Below the pieces are notes generated by a model, which saw nothing but the letters and a program-made list of their open reading frames with translations, did no database searches and had not been told where the DNA came from. This document shows, in pieces, positions 60,201 through 64,000 of a stretch of DNA of 64,000 bases (positions within the stretch are counted from its first letter, which is position 1; each line of letters begins with the position of its first letter). The position numbers and the translations under genes are program-made. Origin of the DNA: an uncultured Planctomycetota bacterium (GTDB taxonomy: Bacteria > Planctomycetota > Planctomycetia > Pirellulales > Lacipirellulaceae); contig CAVRBU010000004.1 in NCBI GenBank assembly GCA_963719315.1, forward strand, positions 288,001 to 352,000, given 5' to 3'.

Positions 60201-60558
60201 TTTTTCCGGCCGGCATCGACGTTCCGCTCTCAGCTTTCTTCTCGTACGTCGTAGCTGCCGAAGCCGGCGTGCTCGTGATGGCGGGAGTGCTCTCGGCTGC
60301 CGGCGCGTTTTCCGCAGCCTTCGCGGGCGCGGCCGGCTGCTCGTCGCTCTTCGTGGCCGGCTTCTCTGCCGACGCATTCGCCGGTGCATCGGCGTGAGTT
60401 TTCTCGGCCGGTTCGGCCGCCGCCGGTTTCTCATCGGCCTTGCCGGCCGTCTTCGTGTCCTGGCCCCAGCCGATTGCCGAGTTCATCAACACAGCCGTTG
60501 CCACGACCGCCGTCCACATCCACCAACGCCCGACCGATTTTGTATCGCAATTTCTCAT
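57259..60558 (-). CDS. secDF: Protein translocase SecDF fusion
   Basis: GPDLAGG, FTLPGLAG..TVGMSVDANVLIYERIREE, IDFTGG, IIGYSVNDTIVTFDRLRE. Confidence 0.95.
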   Translation of the reverse strand: MRNCDTKSVGRWWMWTAVVATAVLMNSAIGWGQDTKTAGKADEKPAAAEPAEKTHADAPANASAEKPATKSDEQPAAPAKAAENAPAAESTPAITSTPASAATTYEKKAESGTSMPAGKTADSLATKAAQAAGAKPGDVANSGWGPWSLLLTLLALFVLPILAGNYLGRIWKMPDHAWKISLTLGILAGSILVCTFGQFKFGPDLAGGITLIYELQDAPKAVSGPQNSNTTASAQRLISGGREFTMVELIGSLKQRLDPDGTKEITVREYGPAVEIIIPQVGQDEMDFVKEKITKMGQLEFRITADPETPKDKPAIDAAKLVPPNKQEVMLGGRLIAKWVPYDLEAKEFGPVDRQNGFVKRTGIDGPEILVLIDSYNVTGAYLSSVTKGIDDRGNPDVQFSFNAAGAQRFEGLTSHNLPNPATPEKKRLLGILLDGKLVNAPSINSTISSRGQISGGSMTDREVELYVEVLNAGSLQAAINKTPISQEIISPTLGGQTVEQGKRAIIASLLGVVAFMIVYYRFAGIVACMALTLNLLMVLALMVLIKAAFTLPGLAGLALTVGMSVDANVLIYERIREELDNGAALRMAIRNGFGRAMSAIVDSNLTTIISGIVLFYIGTDQVKGFAITLVLGILTSMFTAIFVARLIFDIAERRGWIKQLRMMHIFSKPNFDFLRLRWIMLVGSWTLIGIGMIAAYFRGSQLLDIDFTGGSSVTFTLNDKDKMSLADVRNVLVKTDLADKNLLIVGRGDKNTGYTVDTSEQEVDKVKGAIVKEFGDKLKRYSLEFQGLKPVADADFTGTEAKLLVNAGPEYADEKGMTHDALEDQIVLALAKQGHPGVRVTLTNPEHRTGSSVRLPQWTARFTGLDEAETRGVLEHLQTELQNTPLFPLANTIGGRVSANMQFQALLATSISIVAMIIYLWLRFHKPAYGIAAGVALIHDVLMTIGMIALSYYIVEAVPALAHALRIDSFQINLTIVAALLTIIGYSVNDTIVTFDRLREIKGKTPRLTAKMVNDSINQTLSRTILTVFTVFIVVVVLYLYGGAGLHSFAFAFLVGVVVGTYSSIYVASPVLLWLSGVSAAQVPEAPATTTRRMQPAR

Positions 60559-60649
60559 ATTCCACTCATTCCGCCGGTGTAGCCCGCTCGCTCCGCGAGC
60601 GGATTACTGCTCGCAAAGCGGGCAGACTACACTCAAGATTTCTCAATTG

Positions 60650-61117
60650 TTATGACTTGGTTCCGCCCGCCGCGCCGTCTTCGTCTTCGCCAGTCACTAC
60701 GCGAGCAATGGCCGACATGTTGAGCCGGATTTTTGTTCCCGTCGATTCGTCCACCCGAATCGTGACGCGCTGCGCGTCACGCTGCACGTTGGTGACGACG
60801 CCATAAATGCCGCCAATCGTGACCACGCGCTCGTTTTCTTTCAAACCGCCGATTTTCGCGCGGAGTTCCTGCTCCTTCTTCTTCTGTGGTCGCAGCATGA
60901 TGAAGTAAAACAGAATGCCAGTGATCAAGATCATGATCAGCAGGCGCGGCCCATCGGGCAGACCCTGAGGCGCCTCCGGCGCCGGAGCGGGGTTCGTTCC
61001 GGCAGCGGGCGGCTGCACCGGCGCTTTAGCGGCCGCGGGAGCCGGTGCGGGCGGTTGTGCCGGCGTCTCAGCCGCCGCTTGGGCCAGCAATATGCAGTGG
61101 AGTAAATACGCGATCAC
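60650..61117 (-). CDS. yajC: Preprotein translocase subunit YajC
   Basis: FYFIMLRPQKK, VVTIGGIYGVV; tgt-yajC-secDF synteny; start estimated. Confidence 0.9.
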   Translation of the reverse strand: MIAYLLHCILLAQAAAETPAQPPAPAPAAAKAPVQPPAAGTNPAPAPEAPQGLPDGPRLLIMILITGILFYFIMLRPQKKKEQELRAKIGGLKENERVVTIGGIYGVVTNVQRDAQRVTIRVDESTGTKIRLNMSAIARVVTGEDEDGAAGGTKS

Positions 61118-61389
61118 TGGGGCAAATATCCGGATGGAAAAAGAGCCTGATTTTGGGCGGCAGAACTGCCCCTTTGGGGCGTCCGCCGAGACGCTGTTTC
61201 GGAGCGGGTCAATCATCATAAGGTCAAGCGCCGCAACGGACAAGGGCGGCTCATCCGGTGCCGCCAAGCAGGCTCCGCGCCTGGACTGAGTTGGTTGAAG
61301 TTACCGGGCGGCACTGGAGGAAAAGACAAGGAGACAAGGAGAGGGGGAGACAAGAAGATTCGGTCGGGTGCCAGTGTCTTCTTGTCTCC

Positions 61390-62514
61390 TTACTCGCAAG
61401 TCGTAGTCCACCCGCGTCGACGCTCGATGAGGAGCGCTGCATACCGATCCTCGGCGATCGCCTGCCGTGCCTCCGCCATTAGCCTTTGATAATACGTCAG
61501 GTTGTGGATCGAAACCAACATCGGGCCGAGCATTTCGTTCGCCTGGAACAGGTGTCGCAAGTAGCCGCGACTATGCCGGCAAGCAGGGCAGCGGCACGAC
61601 ACATCGAGCGGCTCGCGATCGTGCGCGTGCTGCTGGTTGCGCAACCGAATCGGGCCGGTATCGGTGAACGCCAACGCATTGCGACCATTGCGCGTTGGCA
61701 TCACGCAATCGAATAAATCGATTCCCCGGCCGATCGCCTCCAACAAATCGATCGGCCGGCCGACGCCCATCAGATACCGCGGCCGATCGCGAGGCAGCAG
61801 CGGCGTCGTCACGTCGATCGCGACATACATTTGGGCCGGCGGCTCGCCCACACTCAAGCCGCCGATTGCGTAGCCGGCGAAATCGAGTTCAACCAGCCGC
61901 ACGGCGGACTCGGCCCGCAATTCCGCGTCCAAACCACCTTGCACGATGGCGAACAAAGCCTGGTCGGCCCGCGTGGCGGCCGCCTGGCAACGTTTTGCCC
62001 AACGCAAGCTGCGGCGCATAGCGTCGGCCACCACGTCGCGATCATTGGGGAGCGCCACCACGTGGTCGAACACCATCGCCACGTCGCTGCCAAGCTGTTC
62101 TTGAATTGCCACGGATCGCTCGGGCGTAAGCTCCACCGCCGCGCCGTCGATATGCGAGCGAAAGCGGACTCCACTCTCATCGAACTTCATTCGATCGGCC
62201 AGGCTGAAAACCTGAAACCCGCCGCTATCGGTGAGAATCGGGCCGTCCCACCCCATGAAGTTGTGCAGCCCACCGAGCGCCGCGACAGTTTGCTCACCCG
62301 GCCGCAGCGCGAGGTGATACGTGTTGGCGAGAATCATCTGTGCGCCCGTCTCGCGCAGCCGCCCCGGATCGACGCCTTTTACTGTGCCGAGCGTCCCCAC
62401 CGGCATAAACGCCGGCGTTTCCACATCCCCGTGCGGCGTTCTGAATCGCCCCAACCGTGCGTGCGATTCGGCTTCTTCGTGCAAAACGTCGAAGCCAAAT
62501 GCCGAGGATGTCAT
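61390..62514 (-). CDS. tgt: tRNA-guanine transglycosylase
   Basis: [61 protein letters not shown]. Confidence 0.96.
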   Translation of the reverse strand: MTSSAFGFDVLHEEAESHARLGRFRTPHGDVETPAFMPVGTLGTVKGVDPGRLRETGAQMILANTYHLALRPGEQTVAALGGLHNFMGWDGPILTDSGGFQVFSLADRMKFDESGVRFRSHIDGAAVELTPERSVAIQEQLGSDVAMVFDHVVALPNDRDVVADAMRRSLRWAKRCQAAATRADQALFAIVQGGLDAELRAESAVRLVELDFAGYAIGGLSVGEPPAQMYVAIDVTTPLLPRDRPRYLMGVGRPIDLLEAIGRGIDLFDCVMPTRNGRNALAFTDTGPIRLRNQQHAHDREPLDVSCRCPACRHSRGYLRHLFQANEMLGPMLVSIHNLTYYQRLMAEARQAIAEDRYAALLIERRRGWTTTCE

Positions 62515-62586
62515 TGAATTGCGCCGGCGAGAGCGATTTGGCTCGATTTTCGGCTCTCGACTTTCGACCCTCAGGTCTCGACCCGT

Positions 62587-63912
62587 TCAATCGCCGCGCA
62601 GCTTCAGTCCCTGAATCGTCAGCTTCTCGCGCACCTCATTCAGACTCGTAACGCCGAAGTTCTTGCACTCCAGCAAATCGTCGCCGGTGCGGCGCAGCAA
62701 TTCGCCGATCGTCGATAGACCGAGCCGCACCATGCACTTGCGGGCCCGCACCGAGAGGTTCAAATCGGCGATCGGTCGATCCAACATGGCCCGCTCGTCG
62801 GCCGAAAGTGTTTCGGGATCGTAGACCGGCTCCTCTTCGCGAATCTGGTCCGCAAACTGCCCCAACTCCAGACCCTTCGATTGCAGCATGTCGCTAATTT
62901 CGACGAGCGATGTCTCGCCGAAGTTCTTGCTCGCCAGCAATTCCTGCTCGCTCGTTCTCGTGAGATCGCCGAGCGTCATGATGCCCATCTTCTGCAGGCA
63001 ATTGCGGCTGCGGACAGAAAGTTCGAAATCGGTGACCGGAATGCCGAGCACCTGGCTGAGCCGATCCTGGCGGCGCCGAGCGTCTTCGTCGTAGTACATG
63101 TCGCGGGCGGCGTCGGCGTCCTTCAGAAACAGCCGAGCTCGCGGATGGTCCGGAAACACCTCTAATATCCGCCGGTAACACTGACGCGCCTTTTCGTAGT
63201 GCTGCATGTCTTCATACAGCACGCCGAGGTTGAGCAGCGTGCCGAGGTTCGTCGGAAACTGTGTCGCCGCGCGTTCGTACAGGTCGCGGGCATAGCTATC
63301 GTTCCCGTGACGATCGTTTTCGAGCGCCAGGCCAAACAGGGCTCCGGCGTGACTGCCGTCCGCGGCCACGGCCCGCTCGAGTAGTGCGACCGCTTCGGTC
63401 GGATTGCCGCCCAGCGCAGAGACCGTGGCGGCTCGTTGATACAAATACTCCGCTGTCTGTTCGACCGCGCCGGACAATCGATTGAGCGCGTCCATCGAGT
63501 CCTGCGCGCGACCGTTGTACCGCAGCGCTTCGGCCTTCGCGATCGCGACTTGATCGCGCGAGTAACCGGCCTTCTCGGCCGACTCGTAGGCCGTCAGCGC
63601 GTCCGCATATTTGTCGAGCGCCAAATACGATTTGCCCAAGTAGAAATGCGTAAGCGCGCCGCCATCGCTGTGGGACAGCATTTCGATCGCGTCGCTGTAC
63701 CGGCCGAGCAGGTACAGGCACACGCCCAACCGGGCCGACGTTGCCGGACTGCGATTCGGCTGATCTTCCAACTCGCCTGCCGCTTCCCGCAGTTCGCGAT
63801 AGTTCGAATAACTCTTGCCGATCGCGCCAACGATCTGCACGATCTCGTTCGGCCCGAACGCACTCGGCGACAGGACGATTTGCTTTACGACGGATTCGGT
63901 GCCAATCGACAT
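62587..63912 (-). CDS. TPR protein with two RNA polymerase alpha C-terminal domains
   Basis: TPR repeats followed by LSVRSRNCL...KNFGETSL and LSVRARKCM...KNFGVTSL. Confidence 0.9.
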   Translation of the reverse strand: MSIGTESVVKQIVLSPSAFGPNEIVQIVGAIGKSYSNYRELREAAGELEDQPNRSPATSARLGVCLYLLGRYSDAIEMLSHSDGGALTHFYLGKSYLALDKYADALTAYESAEKAGYSRDQVAIAKAEALRYNGRAQDSMDALNRLSGAVEQTAEYLYQRAATVSALGGNPTEAVALLERAVAADGSHAGALFGLALENDRHGNDSYARDLYERAATQFPTNLGTLLNLGVLYEDMQHYEKARQCYRRILEVFPDHPRARLFLKDADAARDMYYDEDARRRQDRLSQVLGIPVTDFELSVRSRNCLQKMGIMTLGDLTRTSEQELLASKNFGETSLVEISDMLQSKGLELGQFADQIREEEPVYDPETLSADERAMLDRPIADLNLSVRARKCMVRLGLSTIGELLRRTGDDLLECKNFGVTSLNEVREKLTIQGLKLRGD

Positions 63913-63956
63913 ACTTCGACGCTCCTCAAGTCCACGATTCGTTTGCGGTATACGAG

Positions 63957-64000
63957 AGCCAGCGGTCGGAGTCGAACCGACAACCCCCGCATTACGAATG
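63957..64000 (-). tRNA. tRNA-Thr(CGT), 3' part only (runs off the window)
   Basis: Reverse complement CATT-CGT-AATGCGGGGGTTGTCGGTTCGACTCCGACCGCTGGCT. Confidence 0.8.

Noticed and set aside
1..64000. CRISPR array or cas genes
   Set aside because: No regularly spaced direct repeats with unique spacers. Repeats A and B are 0.6-4.7 kb apart and there are no cas motifs.

Overview
High-GC chromosomal window from a planctomycete (Pirellulales-like), judged from DUF1501, DUF1549/DUF1553, DUF1580, RFSLRTLL-motif membrane proteins and a TPR plus tandem RpoA-CTD protein. From 5842 to 40152 two related elements are integrated in tandem at the 3' end of a minus-strand tRNA-Ala(TGC), with att copies at 24365-24408 and 5840-5885. 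Island A (about 18.5 kb, integrase apparently lost) carries glgX, a GMC oxidoreductase, an SDR glucose dehydrogenase and NDH-2, divergent from a caa3 oxidase + Rieske/cytochrome bc operon that contains an IS4 insertion. Island B (about 15.7 kb) looks like a phage satellite: tyrosine integrase, DUF1580 xis-like gene, wHTH replication initiator with internal iterons, HNH, P27-type TerS and an Ogr/Delta-like Zn finger, but no capsid, portal or TerL. Its cargo region is partitioned by repeats and holds a TM-DUF4041-GIY-YIG nuclease with a partner gene, SRAP, a HipA-like kinase/DUF3037 pair followed by a 9/3 allo-tRNA-like gene, and small paralogous ORFs. A strongly C-depleted, T-enriched plus-strand tract at about 35080-35345 looks like strand-specific C-to-T hypermutation. 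The right third is host backbone: TlpA/TPR protein, IS630, BON-lipoprotein-exbB-exbD-prenyltransferase cluster, tRNA-Cys, VWA, alpha/beta-fold and LysM proteins, secDF-yajC-tgt, and a partial tRNA-Thr. More than ten genes carry single-base frameshifts, which suggests indel errors in the assembly, so pseudogene calls are provisional. All family assignments are by motif recognition, not database search.
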